In this document: positions 13,093 to 26,179 of the stretch, piece by piece
Layout of the letters: each line of letters begins with the position of its first letter
How positions within the stretch are numbered: the stretch's first letter is position 1
DNA from: Octopus vulgaris
Lineage: Eukaryota
Direction: 5' to 3'
NCBI GenBank assembly: GCA_951406725.2
Contig: OX597823.1
Span: 33,790,001-33,854,000, forward strand
Length of the DNA: 64,000 bases
Made by a program: the position numbers and the translations under genes
The notes under the pieces: generated by a model
The model's input: only the letters and a program-made list of their open reading frames with translations
What the model was told of the DNA's origin: nothing
Databases searched by the model: none

Positions 13093-13892
13093 CTGAAAGG
13101 ATTAAAACAGATTTAAATTAAATGCAGGCGAAGATTTGTGTCAGCTACTACAGAGCTACCGACACCACCACCATCACCATCACCACGATGGTTTTAGTAT
13201 AATGCTAGTGTAAAAGAAAGACTGTTAGGTGTCTCACAGATAATTCTCTGACATTTCACACCTTTGCTATTGTTCCATGTATAATTAACTCACCTGTTCT
13301 ACTAATTTAGGTAACTTTGATTGTTAAATTACTCAATTACCTGTGTCATTCACCTGTTCACAAGCAACAAACAACAATTATAATGAATATCCCCACAATG
13401 CCCTGCCACCACCACTCCCCATCGCCTTTTCTTCTTTATTTCTTTCTTTCTTTATCTCACCATATATTTCTTTCACTCTTCTTCTCTCCTTTCACCCCAG
13501 CCCTCGCCACACTTTCTAGTATTTTTATTTGTCTATTTGTCCATCTGTCTATATGTCTCCCTTACCTTCCTGCCTGCCTGTCTGTCAGCCCATCCCTGTT
13601 TATCCATCTTTCTGTAATTATTATATAAGAAATTAATTTTCCTACTTAAGACGCTTTTACTGCAGTGAGCTGGCTCCAAAGACACCGAGCTGGCAGAATC
13701 GATTGCATGCTGAGCAAAATGCTTTGTGGTATTTTGTCCATCTTTATGTTCCAGGTTCAAATTCTGCGAAGGTCAACTTTGCCTTTCATCATTTCAGGGT
13801 CAATTAAATAAGTACCAGACAAGTACTGGGGTCAATGTGGTTGACAAGCCCCTACCCCTAAAATATCAGGCCTTGTGCCTATAGCAGAAAGG

Positions 13893-13971
<79 letters not shown>

Positions 13972-13994
13972 TCATTATTATTATTATTATTATT

Positions 13995-14026
<32 letters not shown>

Positions 14027-14027
14027 T

Positions 14028-14058
<31 letters not shown>

Positions 14059-14193
14059 AGTCAGCCACTGAATTAATAGTTCTGAGTCATATCATGCTCC
14101 ACAGGTACCATGCTGGGTTATGGATGGGACACACCAAATGTTCCTTTTACTCCTAAAAAGACAGAAAAGGGTACAAAGACAATGAAACTCACA

Positions 14194-14272
14194 GAGATTC
14201 CTTGGTTTACCCTGAGACTCCTTGGTTTATCCTGAGACTCCTTGGTTTATCCTGAGACTCCTTGATTCATCC
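14194..14272. repeat. 20-bp minisatellite, about 4 units (GAGACTCCTTGGTTTATCCT)
   Basis: Direct tandem units visible. Confidence 0.9.
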
Positions 14273-15092
14273 AAATCTATGACATGTCTGAAGATTTGAT
14301 GTGACTCACAAAAGTTTCAGCTTCATTCAAGCTATGACCATCACCACTTATTACTCAGACACAGTGTATCAAGGAGTACATTATCTAATGTGTGCTTCCT
14401 TGTTGTTGTTATTGTTGTTGTTGTGGTTGTTGTTTATCCAAAGATCTTTCACCAGTCAACTATTATCCTCAAAGATATTTTAGTCTTCCCACCTGCTCTC
14501 TCTTATTTTGTCATAGCCTGTCTAGGATTACATCATTCAATGTGTCTTTCTGCTATTTCTAACAACTAGAGTGACTACATGAAGTGGTCACTATATCGGT
14601 CAATAATATTTTAGATCCTGACAAACATCCACATCTATGCCAGTCATTATCTCCCTGATTACCAATTTGTGGGTCTTATCTGTTATTGCATACCTAATAA
14701 TTATCCACCAGTGGTTACTTTGTAATTAACTTTATTAGGTATGTAACTAGGTTAGTACAATATAATTAGGCCATAAGTTGTGTGTCTCCCTGAATTTTAA
14801 ATTAGGCCATCCACTATATCTTTTTGAGAGTTTAATGAAGACATCTTAGATCAATCTGAGACACTCTGGTTTTTCATAACTAATTCTTCAATCTTCCAAT
14901 ACAGTTGTTTATGATTTCAGACTGGGAAGAAGGAGTTTGTCAGCGGTAGCCATGGTAGGAGGTTGAGCGAATGAATGAATGAGAATTTCTTTATACTATC
15001 TTCAATTACACCACCTCCCTTTAACCAAATACTCTATAATTATGGGTGTGTGTTTATATGTACATGAGTGCATGTGTGTGTTTGTGTTTGTT

Positions 15093-15139
<47 letters not shown>

Positions 15140-15623
15140 ACATGTGTGTGTGCTAGAGAGTACAGGAAATATCTGGAGTTATTGTTAACTCTAGTTTGTG
15201 GAGGTTTATATCGTAATGTGTGTATTAAGTGTATATTACATAAACTGAAAGGAATGTCTGGCTCCAAATTATATATGTTACATGCAGACACACAAACACA
15301 GATTCATTCACACACACACACATGTACCCCCCTGCACACAGACACGCCCCCACACACACAATTCATGTATAGGTAGATGACACATGCTTCATATCATGAT
15401 CATTGTCATTGTCATCTGAGCATCCACTTTTCCATGCTTGCATCAATGAGAAGGAAGAGTCGGAACAAGTTTTCCACAGCTGGATGCTCTTCCTGTTGCC
15501 AACTCTCACCTGTTTTCAAGCAGGGTAATATTTTCCTGTTTCTGGACAGGATGTTTACAGAAGTTTGGAAATGAACGACACTGCTTGTAAAACTGTGATA
15601 CTCATTTACAGCACACGCACGTG

Positions 15624-15655
<32 letters not shown>

Positions 15656-15811
15656 TCCAGTATATGCAATTCAGGTAGAATTTAATTAAAATAGCCATCT
15701 ATGTATCATATTTAATGTATAAACGTTATCAGTAGACCAGCTAGTGCAGTATTTGTCCTGAAAAAACACCACTAATGGACTTAGTGTGTTAAAAATACCT
15801 TAAATATTAGA

Positions 15812-15854
<43 letters not shown>

Positions 15855-16084
15855 AGAGAAACATTGATGCCAGCTGTGGTCAATGAAGGTGCAAAGGATG
15901 AAGTGTATCTGGTGCTCTTGCTGGCTACAACTGGAGTTAATTATCATCTCTCTCTGATATTTGTTGTGCTTTTAACACTGCAAATCCATAAGAGATGTTA
16001 TTTCGGAACAAATGCCGAAGTAACTAGCTTACTAACAGTATGTATACCTCAAGTATGATACACAGATGGCTTTCTCTTTGTCTG

Positions 16085-16134
<50 letters not shown>

Positions 16135-17194
16135 CCACTCACTCACTTTCTCTCTCTTTCTCTTTTTTTCTCTCTCTTTTTTGACAGACTCATTTTGCTA
16201 AAGCTTTCCAATTCCCATTGGACAGTCATGTGACTAACATTGACTTGTTTGCCAAAATCCTTAACTCTAATGGAAAGCTTCATTGCAACATTTACTTCCA
16301 GTGTCTCTAAAACAAATCCACACAAATTCTCCTCTCTTGGCTCAACCTATGAACTGAATTCTATATTTCTAAAATGGAAGAATCACTTCTTCAGGCACAG
16401 CTTTGAAAACAACTTGTGATACAATCTTTTACACACCACAGACACGCGCACACAAATTTTGCATAATGTTATGTAATCTAACAAAATTACAACCAAACCT
16501 TCATCATCATCATCATCATCGTTTAAATGTCTACTTTTCAGCTGGGTGTTCTTCCTCTCACCTATTTTGAAGCAAGATAATACTTCCCTGGAATTTGTTT
16601 TCAGTGAATACTGGAAATGAAGGACACTGCCTATATGACAGTGGCACTTGTTTACTACTATCATGTGATGTCAAGACAGGGAGGCATTATCACACTCATA
16701 CACCCCTCCCCCCACACTTCATCCTCATCATCATCATCATCATCATCATCAATATCATCCTATGCTGGCATGGGTTGGATGGCTTGACAGAAGCTGATGA
16801 GAACTGCTCAAGTTCTACCGTCTACTTTGGCATGGTCGCTGTGGCTGAATGCCCTTCCTTCCACCAACCACTTTGCAGAATGCACTGTGTGCCCTTTTCA
16901 TAGCACCAGCACTAGTGAGGTCACCAGACAGAGACCCCTCAAAAATGAGATGGGTGTAGTACCGAGGGAAGTGACTTAGTAACAGCTGATGGTAGGTTAA
17001 AGGATGACAGAGGGACAGAAACAGTTATCATGCTATTGAGGAGATACATGGCTACCCTTGTTTGAGGGAGAGAGAAGGCGGGGAGAGGGAGAGGGAGAGA
17101 GTGCCAGAGAGAGGAGATGCTAGTTAAGATTTGACAGGACATACCCTCAAAGTACAGAGAGGTGAATATAAATATAGATAATCCACATTATTTA

Positions 17195-17341
17195 CACTAT
17201 TTACATTTGACGGATATTTGCTCTCATCTTGTTTGTTGTTAACACAACGTTTCAGCTGATATACCCTCCAGCCTTCATCAGGTGCCTTGGGGAAATTTCA
17301 GACCTGGGTCCTCATTCCTAAGGTACTTTTTGATGTTGTTG

Positions 17342-17408
<67 letters not shown>

Positions 17409-17695
17409 GCCCATGGACATATGGCGTAGTGGTTAAGAGCGCAGTCTACTGACCCCAATATTCTGAGTTCAATTCCAGGCAGTGATCTGAATAATAATAA
17501 TAATAATAATAACATTGAAAAATACCTTAGGAATGAGAACCCAGGTTCGAAATTTCCCCAAGACACTTGATGAAGCTGGAGGGTATATCAGCCGAAACAT
17601 TGTGTTAACAAAAAGCAAGATGAGGGCAAATATCCGTCAAATGTAAATAATGTAAATAATTTACATAATTCCTCATCACTTAAATATAGAACTGT
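17195..17695. mobile_element. tRNA-head/hammerhead element as an inverted pair (copy 2a minus 17195-17407, copy 2b plus 17415-17695)
   Basis: The two bodies are reverse complements around the tRNA-like head GGACATATGGCGTAGTGGTTAAGAGCG..GTTCAATTCC. Confidence 0.9.
17241..17286 (-). ncRNA. Minimal type I hammerhead ribozyme, intact core
   Basis: GGCAC-CUGAUGA-A-GGCUG..CAGCU-GAAA-CG-UU-GUGUU: stems I and II pair, palindromic stem III ACGU, GUU site. Confidence 0.8.
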
Positions 17696-18057
17696 ATAGA
17701 TAATCCAGTCTGATTTGGTGTGGTTTTCTACAGCTGGATGCCCTTCCTAATGCCAACCACTCTAAGAGTGTAATGGTTGCTTTTACGTACCACTGGCACA
17801 GGTGCCATTTGCGTGACACCGGTATCTGCCATGATAGTGATTTTGCCTGGCTTGATGGGTCTTCTTCTCAAGCATGACTAATGCCAAAGCTGTTGGTCAT
17901 TGCCTCCATGGGGCCCAACACTGGAAACGAACTCACCTACTTTGCTTCTGTGAGGCCCATTATTCTTACAAATAATAATGTTAGTGGCTGCGAATGTAAA
18001 AGCCGTATAAGCAAAATTAATAATTATATATAAGATATATAAATATATTTATATATT

Positions 18058-18186
18058 TACTAGGGTACTACATAAGCAGCAGCTTTGCTAGAAATAGAAG
18101 TTAAAATACTTCTAAGCCACAGAGGAATCACTAAATTAATATAGGCATGATAGGAAAAATAGCAGGTGCTTATGTAGTACCCTTGT
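18058..18186. repeat. Short inverted-repeat element carrying the GCTAGAAATAG hairpin motif
   Basis: AGGGTACTACATAAGCA / TGCTTATGTAGTACCCT arms in an AT-rich flank. Confidence 0.75.
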
Positions 18187-18244
18187 ATATATAAATATAT
18201 TTAAATATATTATATATATTATATAATTATATATATATATGTAT

Positions 18245-18638
18245 AATTGCAGTGTGGAAGGTGTTTATAAGCCATTTAAAAACACACAAAAACTGTTAAA
18301 TTCACTTCAACATTTAAATTTAATTTGCCAAAATATTTTCATTGCTTTGAGACCGCAACCTGTTCACTGACAAAATTCCATGCAGCACAGAATTTTGTCA
18401 GTGAACAGGTTGCGGTCTCAAAGTGATGAAAATATTTTGGCAAGTTAAATTTAAACGTTGAAGCGAATTTAATGGTTTTTGTGTGTGTTTTTAAATGGCT
18501 TATAAATAATTAAACATTTATAAAATAATTATTTTCTAAGGAGTCAGAGAATAATTAAAAAAACAAAAAAAGGTGAAGTGAATTTATGGTTTTTGTGTGT
18601 TTTTAAATGGCTTATAAGCACCTTCCTCACTGCAGTTG
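18245..18638. mobile_element. Fold-back PLE-like terminus with two mirrored variant hammerheads (18325-18373 minus, 18395-18443 plus)
   Basis: About 115-bp arms around an ~11-nt loop plus a re-duplicated tail; UUGUCA-GUGAACA-G-GUUGC..GCAAU-GAAA-AUAU-UU-UGGCAA. Confidence 0.75.
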
Positions 18639-19162
18639 TTTTCATTCCAGCACATGATCTCAGATCAGGTCACTTGCTATGCAAGTGCATCTCCATAATA
18701 TAATATATATATATGCATACAATTATATATATCAAGTATAATTATTACACCAACTTGCTGAAATGTATGTTTTCTATAAAGCAGTGAATACCAAAACCTG
18801 TTTTCTGTATGTTATTATCATTGTGATATATATACAATTGTTTTTCTTTTGGTTTCTGTCTACCAAATTTACTTCCAAGTATTTGGTCAGCCTAGGGCTA
18901 TACTAGAAAACACTTGCCCAGGGCACAATGTAGTGCAACTTTGCTCAAGGCCATGTGGTTGGAAAGCAAACTTCTTGAGCACATGGCCTCACCTGTGCCT
19001 ATGCATCAATATATTAACAGCTGTGCCAATACATTCAAATGTATGCCATTAATATAATGTATTAAAATATAATACAATACAACATAATGTTGTATAATTT
19101 GTTTCTAACTGCAGACCTTGAAGTAGATAAATAATATTTTCATGTCTCTCAAAATTTCTCAA

Positions 19163-19198
<36 letters not shown>

Positions 19199-19540
19199 GC
19201 TTAATGTCCGTTTTCCATGCTGGCATGGGTTAGATGGTTTGACTGAGGACTGGAGAGCTAGCAGCTGCACCAGGCTCCAATCTGATCAGGCAATGCTTCT
19301 ACAGCTGGATGCCTTTCCTAATGCCAACCACTCTGAGTGTGTAGTGGGTACTTTTTATGTGCCACTGGCACGGAAGCCAGTCAGGCAGGTCTGGCATCAA
19401 TCACATTCAGATATTGCTTCTTATGTATCACCAGAAGCCAGACTGGAGGCTAGTCAAGGGGTACTGGCATCGGCCATGTTTGGATGGTGTTTTTTATGTG
19501 CCACTGGCATAAGAGCCAGTCAGTGGGTATTGGCATCTCA
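19163..19540 (-). mobile_element. Repeat family 3: RTE 3'-UTR-derived fragments or SINE with (ATG)n tail. Other copies at about 1910-2010, 5070-5320, 15400-15610, 16720-17170, 17700-17960, 20990-21210, 23004-23385, 27660-27860, 31924-32415, 40500-40760, 40995-41325, 42190-42425(+), 45012-45115, 50620-50740(+)
   Basis: Shared CCATGCTGGCATGGGTTGGACGG..CTACAGCTGGATGCCCTTCCTAA..CCAACCACT, the same as the 3' end at 57700-57905. Confidence 0.85.
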
Positions 19541-19699
19541 ACTCTTATAACATAAATGTTGTATAATATAATATAATGTAATGATACATTGGCCTTGAGT
19601 TGTTTTGAATTCTGTTCTATTGCTAATGATCAAGATGACAACATTCTCCCTGAACAGGATCCCAGTCCATTGGAAGGTCACTCTCTTGTACAGTTTCTG

Positions 19700-20385
19700 C
19701 TACCTTTGAGACTTGGATGGTTTGCAAACGCCTTGCCAAAAAGCTAAACCACATCTACATGAACTGCTTGAGAAAGCTGTTGAAAATCTCCTTGAAAGAC
19801 AAGGTCCCTGACACAGAGGTCCTTTCTTGAGCTGATCTGCCAGGCAATTCCATACTGCTGAGGAGAATGGAAGCCAGGTGGGCAGGCCACCTTGTTCAAA
19901 TGCCTGATGTGTGACTCGCCAAAAGACTGTTCTACAGCAAACTGGCAGAAGGCATGTACAATGCAAGGTGGACAGAAAAAGTACTTCAAGAACACACTCC
20001 AAGCCTCACTGAAGAGCTTTTAGATGAACCCTGACACCTGGGAAATCCAAGTGCGAGAATGCCCTGCCTGGCAAAGCTGCACCAACAGTGGTGCCACCTC
20101 CAACAAACAGAAGATTGCATGGGGCCAGAAAGAAGACAGGACCCATACAAGTCCAGAACCAACTTGTTGTCTTCTGTTCCAGCAGACCACCAGCCCAGTA
20201 GTGTCCAGCCTGTGGCAGGGCATTCGAAGCATGCATCGGCCAGAGCCAACTTGTTGTCTTCTGTTCCAGCAGACTACCAGCCCAGTAGTGTCCAGCCTGT
20301 GGAAGGGCCTTCTAAGCATGCATTGGCCAGAGTCAGATACACTACCATGACCCATCTTCTCCAATGAGATGTCTTTGGCCATCAT
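19700..20385 (+). mobile_element. RTE-BovB-like LINE 3' remnant
   Basis: RLPKRLFY-like segment, MNPDTWE..PAWQSC, C-terminal CPACGRAF..IG zinc knuckle present twice through an 87-bp duplication. Confidence 0.75.
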
Positions 20386-20399
20386 TGACAACATTTCTC

Positions 20400-20575
20400 C
20401 CTGTTCAGGATACTAATCCATTGCAGGGTTGGCACCCATTCTACAGCTGAGTGGACTGGAACAATAGGAAATGAAGTGTTTTGCTCAAGAACACAACACA
20501 TTGCTTAGTCAAGGGATTGAAACCACGATCTTGTGATCATGAGTACAGGGTCCTAATCATTAGGCCCTGTGCCAT
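20400..20575 (-). mobile_element. tRNA-derived SINE fragment
   Basis: Minus strand shows GGCCTAATGATTAGG A-box-like, GGTTTCAATCCC B-box-like and GTGTTCTTGAGCAAAACACTT central domain. Confidence 0.6.
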
Positions 20576-21387
20576 CATGAAAATGAAAGCCAGCTGTCTG
20601 GTATGATTCCATACAACAGAATAGATTTTGATGCATGGCATATGAATATTTAAATAGGTCAAGAGACCCCCAATTGTGGACTTTACTGAGGTTTTATAAG
20701 TTTACAGATACAATGACCACCACTCCTTTCCTTGCACTTTACATCTTTGTACTGCTCTTCATCAATAACACTGTATCCATGCAACCTAGCTTAATAGCGA
20801 ATGTAGCCATAGTTAATGTAGCAATAATGTTGTAAGAGTTAATGCATCAGTTGTTAGTGCTGTAATATTTGGTGTAGCAATTCTTAATGTAATAATTAAA
20901 GTGGATGCAGTAATTATTCATGCAGCAGTATAACGATAGCTAATGTGTCGATAGTTAATACGACATTAGTTCCACGTCATTTATCAACATCATCATTTAA
21001 CATCCGCTTATCTGTGTCTGCATGGGTTACAGGCAATTTATTGAGGCAGACTTGCCTCAGCCGGATGCTCCTTGTCACAAGTCCTTACTTACTTCTATGT
21101 CAGGTGATATTTCCCCTTCAGTGGATAGGTTTTTCCCAGAAGACTGGAAATAAACAACCATGATGATAATGATTGTTTACCACCATCACATGATGTCTTG
21201 ACAAGGTCACACACACACACACACACGTATGTTCCACTCACTGGAGCTACAGTAGAAAACTCTTGCCCAAAGTGTCTCACTGTGAGTATGAACTCAGACC
21301 GCATAATTATGAAGCAAGTTTCTCTACCACACAGCAGCTAATGTAGCTATGTAATTAATGCAAAAGAGTTAATTCTATAATAATTAA

Positions 21388-21610
21388 ACCATTTATTACC
21401 AAATTTCTCTTGAAATACATTCATTCTATTTCAGTTAATTTTAAAAATAACAAAGTATTTAGTTAAACAACTGTCATAATTAAATTTGTGTTTGGAATAT
21501 AAAATAACACTGAATTCTCATGGAAAATTCTAATCTGGATCTCTTTAAAACAGTAATTTTGTATCATAGAACCAGTGCAGTCTTAGAAGCAAGGTTTGGT
21601 ATAAAAAGGG
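21388..21610. mobile_element. piggyBac-type MITE
   Basis: TTAA-ACCATTTATTACC ... GGTATAAAAAGGG-TTAA termini. Confidence 0.6.
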
Positions 21611-21659
21611 TTAATGTAGTAGTAGTTAATGTTGAAATGGTTAATATTCTGTTATTCTA

Positions 21660-22020
21660 TTATCGGTTTCAGCCAGAGCTTATGGCCATCTGGGTCTGCC
21701 ATTAGCATTAATGCTTACTTTTTTTAAGACTCATTTCCTGGTTCTATCTCTGGAGTCAGTTCCAGTGAAGAAGGGAATTGGACAAGCTGACCTTCTTTGT
21801 ATTTCTTGCCATGGTATGGCTTCATCTGGGATATTGGATAAAATTTTGTCTAATTGTACTGTCTTCACATTCACTTCGACTCTTTGTAGCTCACGGAGGC
21901 CTTTTGGCAAGGTACTGAAAAGTTGTGGACCTTTGAACCCAAAACTGTTGCAGTATTGGGTTCTTACACAAGATGGAGGGGATAGGAATTTTGGTAATAT
22001 GCGAAGTTGTCCAGTCTGAT
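21660..22020 (-). mobile_element. CR1-like LINE 3' remnant
   Basis: YCNSFGFKGPQLFSTLPKGLR..LDKILSNIPDE; tail ..GATGGCCATAAGCTCTGGCTGAAAC. Confidence 0.75.
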
Positions 22021-22028
22021 GATTGGTA

Positions 22029-22876
22029 TGAGGTATGATCAATAGGGAATCCGGACTGTTGCCATAGTAACGAAGCTAATGCATGCAGAGTGAAGCCACT
22101 CAGCAAAGATTGGCCTTGAATTCTGCTGTGCATGCACACTAAGTTTTAACATTCTAGCTCACTTCTACTGTTTACAGCAGGGCTTGGAAGGAAGGTGTGT
22201 AGCGTGTGATCATCACATTGACAATGACAGAGTAAGTTGTCATGACGATACCTGCCCAGAGGCCTATGCAAAGTTGCAGAAAGTGTATGGAGAGGAGTGT
22301 ATGCGCTGCACACATGTGTATGAGTGGTTCAGATGCTTTCAACATGGTCGAAAAAATGTCAATATTGACGAACATTTTAGGAGACCCACAACCAGCAAAA
22401 CTGAGCAAAACAGTGCAGATGTGCACGCAGTTGTGAGGGGAACTTGTTGAATCACCATCCATGAGTTATCAGAGGATATGCAGATTAGTTATGGTTCAGT
22501 TCAGTCCATTATCATTGAAGACTTGGGTATGAGATACGTGCCTGCCAAGTTTGTGCCAGAACTGCTATTGTATCGAGAATGATGAAAACTTTTTGAAAAC
22601 TTTGCATAGTCCTCTGAGCAGGTATCACCAAGTTTTTGGCAAAATTTGATGCAGATTCTCTGCTCAACTTTCTCTGTCATGGTCAATGCAACAATCACAT
22701 GCTACACACCTTCCTTCTAAGCACTGCTGTAAACAGCAGATGTGAGCTAGAACGTTAAAACTTAGTGTGCATGCACAGCAAAATTCAAGGTCAATCTATT
22801 CCATGTGGCTTCACTCTGCGTGTTTTCACTTTGTTACTATGGCAACAGTCCGGATACTTATTGATCAGATCAAGCA
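22029..22876. mobile_element. Non-autonomous mariner made of two head-to-head 5' ends
   Basis: About 200-bp inverted arms; mariner N-terminal HTH on both strands (EQRICIKFCQKLG on minus; YAKLQKVYGEECM..VYEWFRCF..RP on plus). Confidence 0.85.
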
Positions 22877-25197
22877 TAGGTTTCAATTCCAGAGTTGGGT
22901 GCTTGACCTTCTAGGGTCTTCCATATTTGTATCTCATTGCTTATTTTTCACCTCTTCTCTGTTGTGGTAGATAATGTAATATTTAATGTAGCAATAATTC
23001 ATGTCATCATCATCATCATCATTGTTTAACGTCCACTTTCCATGCTAGCATGGGTTGGACGATTCGACTGAGGTCTGGCGAACCAGATGGTTGCACCAGG
23101 CTCCAATCTGATCTGGCAGAGTTTCTATAGCTGGATGCTCTTCCTAATGCCAACCACTCCGAGAGTGTAGTGAGTACTTTTACATGCTACTGGCATGAGG
23201 GCCAGTCAGGTGGTACTGGCAATGGCCATGCTCAAATAGGGCTTTTTATGTGCCACCTGCACAGGAGCCAGTCCAGTGGCACTGGCAACGACCTCGCTCA
23301 AATGTTTTTTCACATGCCACCAGCACAAGTGCCGGTAATGATCACAGGTAACGATCACACTTGAATGGTGCTTTTTATGTGCCAACAATAATAAATATAG
23401 TAATAATAATTAATGTAGAGGTAGGTAATGTTATAATATTTAATGTTGCTTATAACAAACATGTTGAAAATGAAGTATCACATGGGTTTGACAATTCTGC
23501 AAATTCAGACATTTGCTGGATCAACTACTGTGGTCAATTTGAACCACATGACAGCTTTCAATTTCAAAATATGGCATAAAAACAACTTTTGCTTAAGGGG
23601 CCCTAAATATAGATCATCACTGATATTAGCAGATATTATTAACTGGACCATGGCAGTGAGATGGCAGACTTATTAGGACACCAGGCAAAAATGCTTCGTG
23701 GCACTTGTCTGTCTTTGGATTCTGAGTTCAAATTCTGCCGAATTCTACTTTGTCTTTCATCTTTTCGTGGTCGATGAAATAAGTACCAGTTACACACTGG
23801 GGTTGACGTAATTGACTTACCCCCTTCCCCAAAATTTCAGGTCTTGTTCCTATAATAGAAAGGGTTATTAACTGGACTAGATTCATACAACGAGTAACAC
23901 TGGAAGAGTATACTTTTGCCATCAGGTGTAATATCAGGAATTATGTCACGCATCATTAGAATTGAACTTTCATCAAATTTTTTGCTGCTTTCATAAAATG
24001 AGGAAATAAATACAAATTTTTAAAAGAAAAATATATTACTTTAAAATAAAATTAAATAAATTTTCTATTTGTATAACTTCTCCCATTACTCCTTTGCCAT
24101 TCCATCTCTTTGTGTGTGGCACAAAAGCAAGCTCCTTTGTTGGGCAGATTTTTTTCTTAGGATTCCTTTGTTTACAAATGTTGACATCAGCAATATTGGT
24201 TGAATATTTCTACAAATTTAGAGATAAGTATTTATCACTGTATCTTTTATCTGTTATTTGTTTCAGGCATTGTACTCTGGCCATACTGGTACGCCATCTT
24301 GGAGGGTTTTAGTTGCACAGATCAACCCCAGGACTTAATTTTTAAGTCTGATGCTTTTTTTATTGGTCTCTTTTGCCAAACCGCTAAATTATAGGGGCAC
24401 AAACAAACCAACACCAGTTAAGTGGTGGAGGAGGACAAACCCAAAGACATAACACATTCCTCCCCCCCACACACAGATGGCAGGCTTCCACACATTTTCC
24501 ATCTGCCAGATTCATTCATAAGATATTGGTCAACCTAGAGCTATAATAGAAAGCACTTCCCCAAGGTGTTGTTTAGTGGGATTGAACCCCAAACCATCTG
24601 GTTGCAAAGCAAACTTCTTACCCATTCATTCATGCTTTCACCTATATCTACATTTTCTTAAAGTATGCATATTTCTTGGTGAGTATATGCTTATTTCCAT
24701 CTTTCTTAGTGTTCTGAGTTCAAATTCTGCCGAAGTCGACTTTGCCTTTCATCCTTTCAGGGTCGATAAATTAAGTACCAGTGAGACACTGAGGTCAATC
24801 TAATCGACTGGGTCCCTCCCCCAAAATTTCGGGCCTTCTGACTAGAGTAGAAAAGAAGATAGGCTTATTTCTAGCATCCACATACACACACAGACACACA
24901 TGACGATAAGGTATGGTAATATAGTCTTTTAACATATAGTCTCACTTACAGGCACACACACACACACAGACACTGACAGAGATGTATACACTCACACACG
25001 TGTGCGCACATGCGTGTGTGATCTGAGGCTGATAGAATTTCTTAAATACACCAAAGCAACTAAGACATTCTGATAGAAGCAGAGGCACTGCCGAACATAT
25101 ATTTACAAGGTTCTTGGTGTAAACATTTGTCCTTTACTGCAAACTTGATAGCAGAGTGGTGTAGATATATTTGGTAAAGCTGATCTGGTGACAAATC

Positions 25198-25215
25198 AAC
25201 TAGGTCACTAGGTCA
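25198..25215 (+). promoter_or_regulatory. Rev-DR2 nuclear receptor response element (Rev-erb/E75, ROR/HR3 type)
   Basis: AACT-AGGTCA-CT-AGGTCA in non-repetitive DNA. Confidence 0.55.
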
Positions 25216-25391
25216 ACTGACAGTGAAGTGATACAGAAGGAGAAATCATGTCACCTCAGCTTTAACACTCTCTCTCTTGTCAAACTGTTTTGTAACAGGG
25301 AAAAGGCGAAAGAACATTGATTTGGGATCGAGTTTAACAATTTGCAGGTTTTGTTTGCTCTTTGCATATAAGGCAGTTTATTGTTAAAGTA

Positions 25392-25970
25392 AATATTTTG
25401 TAATAGTTGAACTTATTTAGTTAATGTGGCAACACTCAATCTAGTAATAAGTAAGATTGAAATAGTTAATGTGGTAGTATTTGATGCAGAATGGTTAATG
25501 TAGCAATAGTAAATGTAGGAATATTTAATGTAGGAATAGTTTATTTGGTTATGGTTACTGTTGAAATAATTAATACAGCAAAAGTGAATGTGATAATAAT
25601 TAATTGCGCAATAATTAATGTAGTAATATTTTGTAATAGTTGAAGTTATTTAGTTAATGTGGCAATACTCAATCTAGCAATAAGTAAGATAGAAATAGTT
25701 AATGTGGTAGTATTTGATGCAGAATGGTTAATGTAGGAATATTTAATGTAGGAAGAGTTTATTTGGTTATGGTTACTGTTGAAATAATTAATACAGCAAA
25801 AGTGAATGTGATAATAATTAATTGTGCAATAATTAATGTAGTAATAGTTAATGTAGCAAACATTAATGTTATGATAGCTAATAATGTAATAGTTAGTGTA
25901 GCAGTCGTTAATGTTGTAATAATTAATGAAGGAGTTGGTGATTGTATAATTAGTTAATGTTGTAATATTT
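25392..25970. repeat. Degenerate 15-bp minisatellite (GTTAATGTAGCAATA-like) containing a ~230-bp tandem duplication
   Basis: 25392-25624 is repeated at 25625-25842; TAATGT recurs with 15-bp period. Confidence 0.8.
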
Positions 25971-26116
25971 ACAAGCTTAATTACTGTCGTTCTCTTACAT
26001 CCAAGTGGGTGGGGGTGGGGTGGTATTCACTGCTCCATTCAGTATCCCATTTGCAAAAGTGAATATCTATATGTATTGTTGTCTGTTTCTCACACACACT
26101 TACACATGCACACACA

Positions 26117-26179
<63 letters not shown>

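Noticed and set aside
18087-18108. GCTAGAAATAGAAGTTAAAATA closely resembles the SpCas9 sgRNA scaffold (GCTAGAAATAGCAAGTTAAAATA)
   Set aside because: The flanks do not continue the scaffold, the local pairing differs (TAGAAGT/ACTTCTA), and there is no cas gene or array; treated as coincidence in AT-rich DNA
25724-25957. Val/Asn/Ile pentapeptide-repeat ORF
   Set aside because: By-product of the 15-bp minisatellite; adjacent units contain stops
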